Under the pieces are notes generated by a model. It made no database searches. It saw only the letters and a list, made by a program, of their open reading frames with translations, and was not told where the DNA came from. DNA of 64,000 nt from Macrostomum hystrix (Eukaryota > Animalia > Platyhelminthes). The translations under genes were made by a program, and so were the position numbers. The DNA is taken from contig CATNEN010000039.1 in NCBI GenBank assembly GCA_950097015.1, positions 7,130,001-7,194,000 on the forward strand, given 5' to 3'. Within the stretch, counting starts at the first letter, position 1. Each line of letters starts with the position of its first letter. Below are positions 39,501-50,579 of the stretch, piece after piece.

Positions 39501-42500
39501 CACAAACTTTGTTCCATACTGTTTAAAAATGAGACAGATCTCATCTCAATAGTTCTAACTACAGAGGGTAGAACAAAGAACTGCACTATGACTACCATGT
39601 AGCACAACGGTCTTCGAGCACAGGGCTTATTACTGACTCATTGGACTACAAAGCGCCACAGATGCGGTTCCATGAGAAATATTGACAATAAAAGGACAAA
39701 AGTAGAACAAGAAACTGTTCTATGACCACCTTGTAACGGTCGATGGGTTTTGAATGAATAAAAAGGTTTAGTCGGTCAATGATCTGCATTGTGGCACTTT
39801 TTAGTACAACGGTCTTTTTAGTCAAAACTGACACGTTGGACTACAAAGCGCCACAGTACAAAGATCCAAACTAAAGGGTTAGATTTTAAAGGGTTAATTT
39901 TAAAGTAGAATGCAGAACTTCACAATGACCGCTCTTTAGTGCAACGGTCGACAAATCTGACTCGTCGGACTAAGAAGCGCCACTGTTGGATTGTCCATAC
40001 TAGAGACAGGGGAAGGAAGTGGATTTATCTGCTGATCAACGAGGGAATCTTTGACCACTTCACTAGCTCAACGAGTGGCTATCTCCGACTCGTTGGACTA
40101 GAAAGCGCCACTGTTGGATTGTCCATACTAGAGACAGGGGAAGGAAGTGGATTTATCTGCTGATCAACGAGGGAATCTTTGACCACTTCACTAGCTCAAC
40201 GAGTGGCTATCTCCGACTCGTTGGACTAGAAAGCGCCACTGTTGGATTGTCCATACTAGAGACAGGGGAAGGAAGTGGATTTATCTGCTGATCAACGAGG
40301 GAATCTTTGACCACTTCACTAGCTCAACGAGTGGCTATCTCCGACTCGTTGGACTAGAAAGCGCCACTGTTGGATTGTCCATACTAGAGACAGGGGAAGG
40401 AAGAGGATTTATCTGCTGATCAACGAGGGAATCTTTGACCACTTCACTAGCTCAACGAGTGGCTATCTCCGACTCGTTGGACTAGAAAGCGCCACTGTTG
40501 GATTGTCCATACTAGAGACAGGGGAAGGAAGTGGATTTATCTGCTGATCAACGAGGGAATCTTTGACCACTTCACTAGCTCAACGAGTGGCTATCTCCGA
40601 CTCGTTGGACTAGAAAGCGCCAAAGTAACTCTCATTACAATGAAGATGTGTGTTATGAGATGACAATCGGATATAGCCGTAGAATGCTTACTCTGTACAC
40701 ATGCTTAAATTAATGATTGCCTTCACGTGTCTCAGAGAAGCAAACTGCGGTTAAGAGAATCCGAAGCCCGGAAAGTCAGTGCCTAATGTTGATTACAGTG
40801 CTTAAACGGTAGGCTTCCTATGTACACCAACTGTACTCAGAGATCATTTGTCTGTGAACACAGCAAGCTCTACCGTCTAAATTGCACTACATAGACTATG
40901 TAAGGATGAGTACAGGTGCGTGATTCAACTCTTACCTTGTACACACATGTAATATAAGCATTGAGTGCACAAAATAAAAGCTGAAACAACGCTGTCGCCT
41001 GTGGACTATAAGGAATAGTAGTTTTTAAGTACAGATTTAGGAACCAAACTGTGGCCCACTTCTTAGTACAACGGTCTCACTGGCCACAAGAAAATAATCT
41101 TGTAGTAATAGTCATATCGGTTCGTTGGACTAGAAAGCGCCACAGTATTGTCTTCCAGTTTTAGGATAGCAGATTAAACATTAAAGATTGTACTTACCCC
41201 TACTAGGGAGCTGTTTTTCTTCTTCTGCTTCTGCTTTGTTGCTGCTGGATGACGACTGGTAGGACCAAAACTAGTTGGGAATATATAGGACTGCAGGACT
41301 GCTCTCATTGGCTAGCCAGGCCAGCTTACACTGGCTCTGTGTTCGCAATGTTCTACTCTCTAATTCTGGAGTCTGCTCGCTCTCCTATTGGCTGGCTGGG
41401 ATAGGGTACGGGGTTCAGGCTTGTCAAACCCGCCTGACCAATAGGAAAGTTTCAACTCTTTCTAATGCTAGTGAAACTGCGAATGCACTGACTGGTTAAG
41501 GTCACATGCGGTCACGTCCCTTAGGGCGCGAAAGCGCAGTATCTCAAACTTCCGTCTAAGTAAACTTTTTATAAACATTAGCAACACTTGCTCTATTATT
41601 ATTTCTTATATTAACTATATTATGAAGAACCTTCATACTGCATACAGAAAGCCTACAATCCGACTATGGTTTTCACTGTCAGCCTACTATACTCTATATC
41701 GATTCCTGTTTCATTCTATTGATTCCTAAAAACTCAATATCAACTTCAGCATCATTCTTGAATGATTCCATTCAAAACTACGCAATATCAATCACAGCTT
41801 CATTTCTTCCATTCCCAACTTCCTTATATCAATCACGACAAGGGACGACAACATTCCCGACAACTCATATCATTCCCAACTACTCTATATCAATCCCAGC
41901 TGCTCTATATCATTCCCAACTACTCTATATCATTCCCGACAACTCATATCATTCCCAGCTGCTCTATATCATTCCCAGCTGCTCTATATCATTCCCAGCT
42001 GCTCTATATCATTCCCAACTGCTCTATATCATTCCCAGCTGCTCTATATCATTCCCAACTGCTCTATATCATTCCCAACTGCTCTATATCATTCCCGACA
42101 ACTCATATCATTCCCAGCTGCTCTATATCATTCCCAGCTGCTCTATATCAATCCCAACTGCTCTATATCATTCCCAACTACTCTATATCATTCCCAGCTG
42201 CTCTATATCATTCCCAACTGCTCTATATCATTCCCAACTGCTCTATATCATTCCCGACAACTCATATCATTCCCAGCTGCTCTATATCATTCCCAGCTGC
42301 TCTATATCAATCCCAACTGTTCTATATCATTCCCAGCTGCTCTATATCATTCCCAGCTGCTCTATATCATTCCCAACTGCTCTATATCATTCCCAACTAC
42401 TCTATATCATTCCCAGCTGCTCTATATCATTCCCAGCTGCTCTATATCAATCCCAACTGCTCTATATCAATCCCAACTGCTCTATATCATTCCCAACTGC

Positions 42501-45500
42501 TCTATATCAATCCCAACTACTCTATTTTAATCCCAACTACTCTATATCAATCCCAACTGCTCTATATCAATCCCAACTGCTCTATATCATTCCCAACTGC
42601 TCTATATCATTCCCAACTACTCTATTTTAATCCCAACTACTCTATATCATTCCCAACTACTCTATATCAATCCCAACTGCTCTATATCATTCCCAACTGC
42701 TCTATATCATTCCCAACTGCTCTATATCATTCCCAACTGCTCTATATCATTCCCAACTACTCTATTTTAATCCCAACTACTCTATATCATTCCCAACTAC
42801 TCTATATCAATCCCAACTGCTCTATATCATTCCCAACTACTCTATATCAATCCCAACTGCTCTATATCATTCCCAACTACTCTATATCAATCCCAACTGC
42901 TCTATATCAATCCCAACTGCTCTATATCATTCCCAACTGCTCTATATCATTTCCAACTACTCTATTTTAATCCCAACTACTCTATATCATTCCCAACTAC
43001 TCTATATCAATCCCAACTGCTCTATATCAATCCCAACTGCTCTATATCAATCCCAACTGCTCTATATCATTCCCAACTGCTCTATATCATTCCCAACTAC
43101 TCTATTTTAATCCCAACTACTCTATATCATTCCCAACTACTCTATATCAATCCCAACTGCTCTATATCAATCCCAACTGCTCTATATCATTCCCAACTGC
43201 TCTATATCATTCCCAACTACTCTATTTTAATCCCAACTACTCTATATCATTCCCAACTACTCTATATCAATCCCAACTGCTCTATATCAATCCCAACTGC
43301 TCTATATCATTCCCAACTGCTCTATATCATTCCCAACTACTCTATTTTAATCCCAACTGCTCTATATCATTCCCAACTACTCTATATCAATCCCAACTGC
43401 TCTATATCAATCCCAACTGCTCTATATCATTCCCAACTGCTCTATATCATTCCCAACTGCTCTATTTTAATCCCAACTACTCTATATCATTCCCAACTGC
43501 TCTATATCATTCCCAACTGCTCTATATCATTCCCAGCTGCTCTATATCATTCCCAACTGCTCTATATCAATCCCAACTGCTCTATATCAATCCCAACTGC
43601 TCTATATCATTCCCAGCTGCTCTATATCATTCCCAACTACTCTATATCAATCCCAACTGCTCTATATCAATCCCAACTGCTCTATATCATTCCCAACTAC
43701 TCTATATCATTCCCAGCTGCTCTATATCATTCCCAACTGCTCTATATCATTCCCAACTGCTCTATATCATTCCCGACAACTCATATCATTCCCAGCTGCT
43801 CTATATCATTCCCAGCTGCTCTATATCAATCCCAACTGCTCTATATCATTCCCAACTGCTCTATATCATTCCCAACTACTCTATATCATTCCCAGCTGCT
43901 CTATATCATTCCCAGCTGCTCTATATCAATCCCAACTGCTCTATATCAATCCCAACTGCTCTATATCATTCCCAACTGCTCTATATCAATCCCAACTACT
44001 CTATTTTAATCCCAACTACTCTATATCATTCCCAACTACTCTATATCAATCCCAACTGCTCTATATCATTCCCAACTGCTCTATATCATTTCCAACTACT
44101 CTATTTTAATCCCAACTACTCTATATCATTCCCAACTACTCTATATCAATCCCAACTGCTCTATATCAATCCCAACTGCTCTATATCAATCCCAACTGCT
44201 CTATATCATTCCCAGCTGCTCTATATCATTCCCAACTGCTCTATATCATTCCCAACTGCTCTATATCATTCCCAACTACTCTATTTTAATCCCAACTGCT
44301 CTATATCATTCCCAACTGCTCTATATCATTCCCAGCTGCTCTATATCATTCCCAACTGCTCTATATCATTCCCAACTACTCTATATCAATCCCAACTGCT
44401 CTATATCATTCCCAACTACTCTATATCATTCCCAACTACTCTATATCATTCCCAACTGCTCTATATCATTCCCAACTACTCTATATCATTCCCAGCTGCT
44501 CTATATCATTCCCAACTGCTCTATATCATTCCCAACTGCTCTATATCATTCCCGACAACTCATATCATTCCCAGCTGCTCTATATCATTCCCAGCTGCTC
44601 TATATCAATCCCAACTGCTCTATATCAATCCCAACTGCTCTATATCATTCCCAACTGCTCTATATCAATCCCAACTACTCTATTTTAATCCCAACTACTC
44701 TATATCATTCCCAACTACTCTATATCAATCCCAACTGCTCTATATCATTCCCAACTGCTCTATATCATTTCCAACTACTCTATTTTAATCCCAACTACTC
44801 TATATCATTCCCAACTACTCTATATCAATCCCAACTGCTCTATATCAATCCCAACTGCTCTATATCAATCCCAACTGCTCTATATCATTCCCAGCTGCTC
44901 TATATCATTCCCAACTGCTCTATATCATTCCCAACTGCTCTATATCATTCCCAACTACTCTATTTTAATCCCAACTGCTCTATATCATTCCCAACTGCTC
45001 TATATCATTCCCAGCTGCTCTATATCATTCCCAACTGCTCTATATCATTCCCAACTACTCTATATCATTCCCAACTACTCTATATCATTCCCAACTGCTC
45101 TATATCATTCCCAGCTGCTCTATATCATTCCCAGCTGCTCTATATCATTCCCAACTACTCTATATCATTCCCAACTACTCTATATCATTCCCAACTGCTC
45201 TATATCATTCCCAACTACTCTATATCAATCCCAACTGCTCTATATCATTCCCAACTACTCTATATCAATCCCAACTGCTCTATATCAATCCCAACTGCTC
45301 TATATCATTCCCAACTACTCTATATCATTCCCAGCTGCTCTATATCATTCCCAACTACTCTATATCAATCCCAACTGCTCTATATCATTCCCAGCTGCAT
45401 CCATTCCGTTCCCAACTACTCCTATCATTCCTAGCTACATTCTATCAATCCCAACTACTCTATTTTAATCCCAACTACTCTATATCAATCCCAACTACTC

Positions 45501-48500
45501 TATATCAATCCCAACTGCTCTATATCATTCCCAGCTGCTCTATATCAATCCCAACTACTCTATATCAATCCCAACTGCTCTATATCATTCCCAGCTGCAT
45601 CCATTCCGTTCCCAACTACTCCTATCATTCCTAGCTACATTCTATCAATCCCAACTACTCTATTTTAATCCCAACTACTCTATATCAATCCCAACTACTC
45701 TATATCAATCCCAACTGCTCTATATCATTCCCAGCTGCTCTATATCAATCCCAACTACTCTATATCAATCCCAACTGCTCTATATCATTCCCAGCTGCAT
45801 CCATTCCGTTCCCAACTACTCCTATCATTCCTAGCTACATTCTATCAATCCCAACTACTCTATTTTAATCCCAACTACTCTATATCAATCCCAACTACTC
45901 TATATCAATCCCAACTGCTCTATATCAATCCGAACTGCTCTATATCAATCCCAGCTGCTCTATATCAATCCCAACTGCTCTATATCAATCCCAGCTGCTC
46001 TATATCAATCCCAGCTGCTCTATATCAATCCCAACTACTCTATATCAATCCCAACTGCTCTATATCATTCCCAGCTGCATCCATTCCGTTCCCAACTACT
46101 CCTATCATTCCTAGCTACATTCTATCAATCCCAACTACTCTATTTTAATCCCAACTACTCTATATCAATCCCAGCTGCTCTATATCAATCCCAACTACCC
46201 TATGGCAATCCCAACTACTGTCCATCAATCCTACTTTCTCACTATCCATCCAATTTACTTTAAATCAATCCAACGTTCTCTCCATTTATCTTACATTCTC
46301 TCCATTCGTCTTACATTCTCTCCATTCGTCTTACATTCTCTCCATTCGTCTTACATTCTCTCCATTCGTCTTACATTCTCTCCATTCGTCTTACATTCTC
46401 TCCATTCGTCTTACATTCTCTCCATTCGTCTTACATTCTCTCCATTCGTCTTACATTCTCTTTATTAATATTACAATATCTCCATTCGTCTTACATTCTC
46501 TATATTCATATTACACTCTCTCCATTCGTCTTACATTCTCTCCATTCGTCTTACATTCTCTATATTCATATTACACTCTTCTCCATTCATATTACACTCT
46601 CTCCATTCATATTACAGTCTCCATCTTACATTCTCTCCATTCATATTACACTCTGCATTCATCTTACATTCTCTCCATTCGTCCCACATTGTCTATCCAT
46701 CTGTTGTATTTTGAAGAAAAAATTATATGGGAAACTGCTGTTTTCATAGATTTCATTTCAACTAATTGAGTGCAAAAATGTGGTGTGATTCAGTCCGAGC
46801 TATAAAGTGTTGCTTCACTTCCTCTTTGAAGTGTACGATATTCGCCATCTCAGTAGCCCAGTAGTTAAGAGAAATGTGAAATTTCTAGTATTAGTGAGAG
46901 TATAATCTTCACACATTTGAGCATTATTAGCACATCGGGCCAGGCCTCCTGAATCCAGCTGTGAGCATTGTGAGAGTCATATGGAATCATTTGCCCATAG
47001 GCCTAGGTGCGATATTCACACAAAGGTCCCCACTGCCCCCACTGAGCTGTGAGAATGCCAACATTATATTAAAAGAATAACAAAACAATGATAAACTCGA
47101 GTCCAACTTTCTGTTTCTGACCCTGATTCTGGTCGCACGTTGGATGTTTTGTTGGTGTGTGTGTGTGTACCCTGATTGCGCAACTCGGGCATTGTGCCCC
47201 GCAGTCATTGTGCTGAGTGAGTCCCACTGTCTCCCCGCCCTATAGCCATATGCCATGGGTGTTAGCACATTTGCATTGTCCGCGCTCTACTGACCCTGTG
47301 GGGTTTTGTTCGTGGCTTCGCATTGTTTCTCATTTCCCTTTTTATTTCTCTAAAGCCTCCGATTCTCGCCTCGACTTTCCCTAGCTCACAAAATGGGTCA
47401 TTGTTTAGTGTGGAAATGCCATAGACAAGCCTAATACTAATCTTAGTAAAGCCTTATTGTATTATTGGGATGCAAATTGCTTCTATAGAGAATCATTAGC
47501 CTTTGTCACATTTTATTCTGCTTTAAGAATCCAGCAATCCGAAGTTTACTTTCGACGCCCCAGGGTGAAGGGGTTCGGTGGGCGGGCGGGTGTTTCTCCT
47601 TGTCTCCATGCGCGGATATTTTGAAGCTTCAGTGTGGATCAAAATAAAAATGTCACCTTTTTGTACAAAATTCTGCGTTAAGGCTTGAAATATATATTAG
47701 TAAGTCAAGATGATGAGACATTCTCATCATGAGATGAGACATACTTGTAATCTGTACCCACTGTACCCACTGCTCATTTTCTATTAACCATATCCGACCA
47801 ATATCTCATTACAATATAGCATGGTCCGTATCGCATGACCAATATTCCATGACCAATATCCCATTACAATATAGCCTGGTCTGTACCGCATGACCAATAT
47901 TCCATGAACAAAATCCCATTACAATATAGCCTGGTTCGTACCACATGACCAATATCCCATGACCAATATTCCATGACCAATTTAGCCTGGTCCGTATTGC
48001 ATGACCAATATCCGGTGATCAAATTCACATGACCAATCTCCCATGATCAATATGCAATGATCAGTATCGAGTGATTTTTATCTCATGACCAATATCCCAT
48101 GACCAATATCCCATGACCAATATCCCATGACCAATAGCCCATGACCAATATCCCATGACCAATATCCCATGACCAATATTCCATGACCAATTTAGCCTGG
48201 TCCGTATTGCATGACCAATATCCGGTGATCAAATTCACATGACCAATCTCCCATGATCAATATGCAATGATCAGTATCGAGTGATTTTTATCTCATGACC
48301 AATATCCCATGACCAATATCCCATGACCAATATCCCATGACCAATAGCCCATGACCAATATCCCATGACCAATATCCCATGACCAATATTCCATGACCAA
48401 TTTAGCCTGGTCCGTATTGCATGACCAATATCCGGTGATCAAATTCACATGACCAATCTCCCATGATCAATATGCAATGATCAGTATCGAGTGATTTTTA

Positions 48501-50396
48501 TCTCATGACCAATATCCCATGACCAATATCCCATGACCAATATTCCATGACTCGTTTATCATTACCCCTGACCAATAATCAAATGCAAGTATCATTTGTC
48601 CAATTTCCTATGACCAATACTCCTGACCGATACCACTTAATAATAATAATAATAATAATTGATTACACCTGCCCCAATTGGGTCAGATGTGCAGCCGACA
48701 GCCCAGCCGCAGCTAATGCGCGGCGCATCTGAAGGCTGCGTACAGCTGTTCAGTCCACGGACTGGGGGGACGCCACACCCACCTTCAATTATCCCAGCTG
48801 ATGCTGGTACCCATTTAACAGCTGGGTGAACTGAAGCAATGCAGAGTTAAGTGTCTTGCTAGAGGACGCAAATTGTTCGAGTGGAGTCGGGAATCGAACC
48901 CCCGACCTTCAAGTCGTGAGTCCGACGCCCTAACCACTAGGCTACAACCTCTGCTACCACTTAGCATTATTCAATGACCAATATACCCGTGATCAAAATA
49001 TCCTATGACCAAAATACATGACCAGTATCATCTGACCAAGGTCCCTTCGCCAATGTCAAGACAAGTACCTCAAAATGGCTCTATTTCTTACCCTAATATC
49101 CCATTAATAAATGCATCCTAACCTAAGCAATCAAGCGAATAATTGTTCCCCATCTTTAGTGCGTCAATTTCTGTCCATCATACCCCATGCTGCTTATCAA
49201 ATAATCCATTCAAGTCAAATTGCAAGTGAAACTTTGCTACTCAATCAAGCGTGTTACCAATGCTTGAAATTCTATTCGCATTCTGATTCTGATGAAGTTC
49301 CGATTGAATTCTTAATTGAATTAGGCAGATCTTTTCATGCATTTCAAGCTTTACATCCCACTGCGCATTCTGGGGGGCATCGCACATTGTGATTTTATTT
49401 CTGCCTAATTAATTCGAGGAAGGAATCTCAACTAGTTTACATGCAGGTGTTTTCATTTGACGAAATCATTGACACCTTTGCCTTTTGAAAGCAAGTGTTA
49501 GGAAAAGGTGTTGGCCCCATTGAGGTTGACTTTTATTTGAACAATATGGCTGCAGACTAATTTAATTTTTTAGTACTAGGGATGGAAGACTGAGGAAATG
49601 CTCAGGTGGGGAAGAACGTAGGAGAGATGCTCAGGTGAGGTTAGAAGGCAGGAGAGATGCTCAAGTGAGGTTAGAATGCAGGAGAGATGCTCAAGTGAGG
49701 GTAAAAGGCAGGAGAGATGCTCAAGTGAGGGTAGAATGCAGGAGAGATGCTCAAGTGAGGGTAGAAGGCAGAAGAGATGCTCAAGTGAGGGTAGAAGGCA
49801 GGAGAGATGCTCAGGTGAGGGTAGAATGCAGGAGAGATGCTCAAGTGAGGGTAGAAGGCAGGAGAGATGCTCAAGTGAGGGTAGAAGGCAGGAGAGATGC
49901 TCAAGTGAGGGTAGAAGGCAGGAGAGATGCTCAGGTGAGGTTAGAAGGCAGGAGAGATGGCGTGGTGAAGGTAGAAGACAGACTGACAATGTAGATTGTG
50001 GTTATTAAGTAGGCAACCGAGTTAAGGCTACGTTGCCATGGTAACCCCAAAACCCGCCAACGGCAGAAGCTGAACCGTCGCCAGAAGGCGTACGAGAGTC
50101 TGAAGCCGACCCTGGAAGTTGCCGCTCGCGAGCGCTACGAGTCTGTGCTGAACCGCGACTACACCTCATCCGATGAAGAGTGCGGCGCTGATCTAGATAG
50201 CGAGATGCGAGTCAAACAGCTGCCTTGGGAATCTGAAGAATTGCGCAGCATAAAGCACCAGCTGGATCGGATGTTTCACGACAGCCTGGCGGACGAGAAG
50301 CAGCGAGGCGAGATGACCAGACTAAGGCGAGATCCGGCCTGCCGAAGCTCCCGACCTCCGCCTGCTGACTGTCCCGCCTGGGCTAAAAAGGATTGA
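33557..50396 (+). CDS. Uncharacterised protein, paralog A (C14orf93-like C-terminal domain), exons 33557-34168, 35555-35723, 37655-37773, 50067-50396
   Basis: GT-AG junctions with phases 0,1,0 are identical to paralog B. The two share the N-terminal PLTLFECT..N.TMLID.M motif, exon-2 LR..Y..LK..F...LP, and last-exon KL.RRQKA..SS.E..RV..L.WES.E...K..LD..SSRPPPA...WA. Exon 3 is the least certain. Confidence 0.72.
34195..35038. repeat. 19-bp minisatellite (accatctctggatagccac), ~44 copies
   Basis: The period is 19, and it starts ~26 bp after the donor at 34169. Confidence 0.96.
35228..35535. repeat. 41-bp minisatellite, ~7 copies
   Basis: The unit is gcatatctcattaagcacgtgaataaactggcacacctgta, and the array ends ~20 bp before the acceptor at 35554. 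Confidence 0.95.
38600..41157 (-). ncRNA. Polycistronic microRNA cluster candidate: 16 pre-miRNA-like hairpins with predicted mature 5p consensus UGGCGCUUU(G/C)UAGUCCAACGAG. Predicted 5' ends are 41142, 40622, 40494, 40366, 40238, 40110, 39982, 39853, 39658, 39502, 39361, 39225, 39086, 38962, 38846 and 38682
   Basis: One arm is nearly invariant. The opposite arm varies mainly by changes that are G:U wobbles on the minus strand. Loops and spacers are divergent. Basal stems differ between units yet stay complementary. UG lies at -14 or -15 in most units and CNNC at +16 in 14 of 16 units. Confidence 0.85.
39975..40622. repeat. 128-bp x5 recent tandem amplification of one hairpin unit
   Basis: atctccgact occurs at 40081, 40209, 40337, 40465 and 40593 in near-identical copies. 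Confidence 0.97.
41192..41535 (-). promoter_or_regulatory. Putative Pol II promoter, short first exon and splice donor of the hairpin-cluster host transcript
   Basis: On the minus strand there is an E2F-like TTTCGCGCCC (41533-41524). CCAAT boxes lie at 41438-42 (on the + strand), 41391-87 and 41311-07. TATATAT is at 41287-81 and a consensus donor GGG|GTAAGT at 41197, just upstream of the first hairpin. Confidence 0.55.
41860..46215. repeat. ~4.3-kb 20-bp minisatellite (ctctatatcattcccaactg) with 200-bp higher-order units near its 3' end
   Basis: The period is 20. The variant block ccattccgtt recurs at 45401, 45601, 45801 and 46081. Confidence 0.97.
46275..46690. repeat. 20-bp minisatellite (tccattcgtcttacattctc)
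   Basis: Tandem copies decay toward the 3' end. Confidence 0.93.
47790..48550. repeat. 14-bp minisatellite (catgaccaatatcc) organised in 210-bp higher-order repeats x3
   Basis: atgaccaatatccggtgatc occurs at 48001, 48211 and 48421. Confidence 0.93.
48640..48954 (-). mobile_element. Full-length tRNA-derived SINE with (ATT)n tail and 9-bp target-site duplication
   Basis: The minus-strand head gcagaggttgTAGCCTAGTGG..GGTTCGATTCC carries A and B boxes. The central region is agcaagacacttaac..cacccagctgttaaatgggtacc, followed by an (ATT)n tail. The TSD taccactta is at 48631-48639 and 48955-48963. Confidence 0.9.
49595..49980. repeat. 30-bp minisatellite (ggagagatgctcaagtgagggtagaaggca)
   Basis: The period is 30, and the array ends ~85 bp before the acceptor at 50066. 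Confidence 0.95.
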
Positions 50397-50579
50397 CGCC
50401 GGCAAGTGTGTCACTGCAGTTCTTAACAATGCTTTCCGCCAGTAATCACAATTATTCTCTCTATTCGGCTGCTACTGTTGTGTCCGTTACTGTGTGGACT
50501 AAAAAACTACCGACTTCATCTATTCCTACCCTGTAAGCTTCATTTCCGGCCTGGGTCCTACCTGCTAAAGATTGAATGT

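Noticed and set aside
40640-41030. Additional unrelated hairpins between cluster units
   Set aside because: Only short, imperfect complementarity is visible by eye, which cannot be supported without folding software.
38600-41157. CRISPR- or TIGR-like repeat-spacer array
   Set aside because: The context is eukaryotic and there are no cas/tas genes. The two 'repeats' are complementary arms of one hairpin, spacer lengths are irregular, and Microprocessor motifs explain the conservation.
38600-41157. Hairpins transcribed on the + strand as ordinary intronic miRNAs of paralog A
   Set aside because: A few basal G:U pairs fit +, but core-duplex wobbles, UG/CNNC positions and the promoter/donor all fit the minus strand.
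38600-41157. Tandem hammerhead or other ribozyme array
   Set aside because: No CUGAnGA/GAAA core or pseudoknot pattern was found on either strand.
48878-48954. tRNA gene
   Set aside because: The tRNA-like head continues into a SINE body with tail and TSD, lacks a proper acceptor stem and terminator, and has diverged copies elsewhere in the window.
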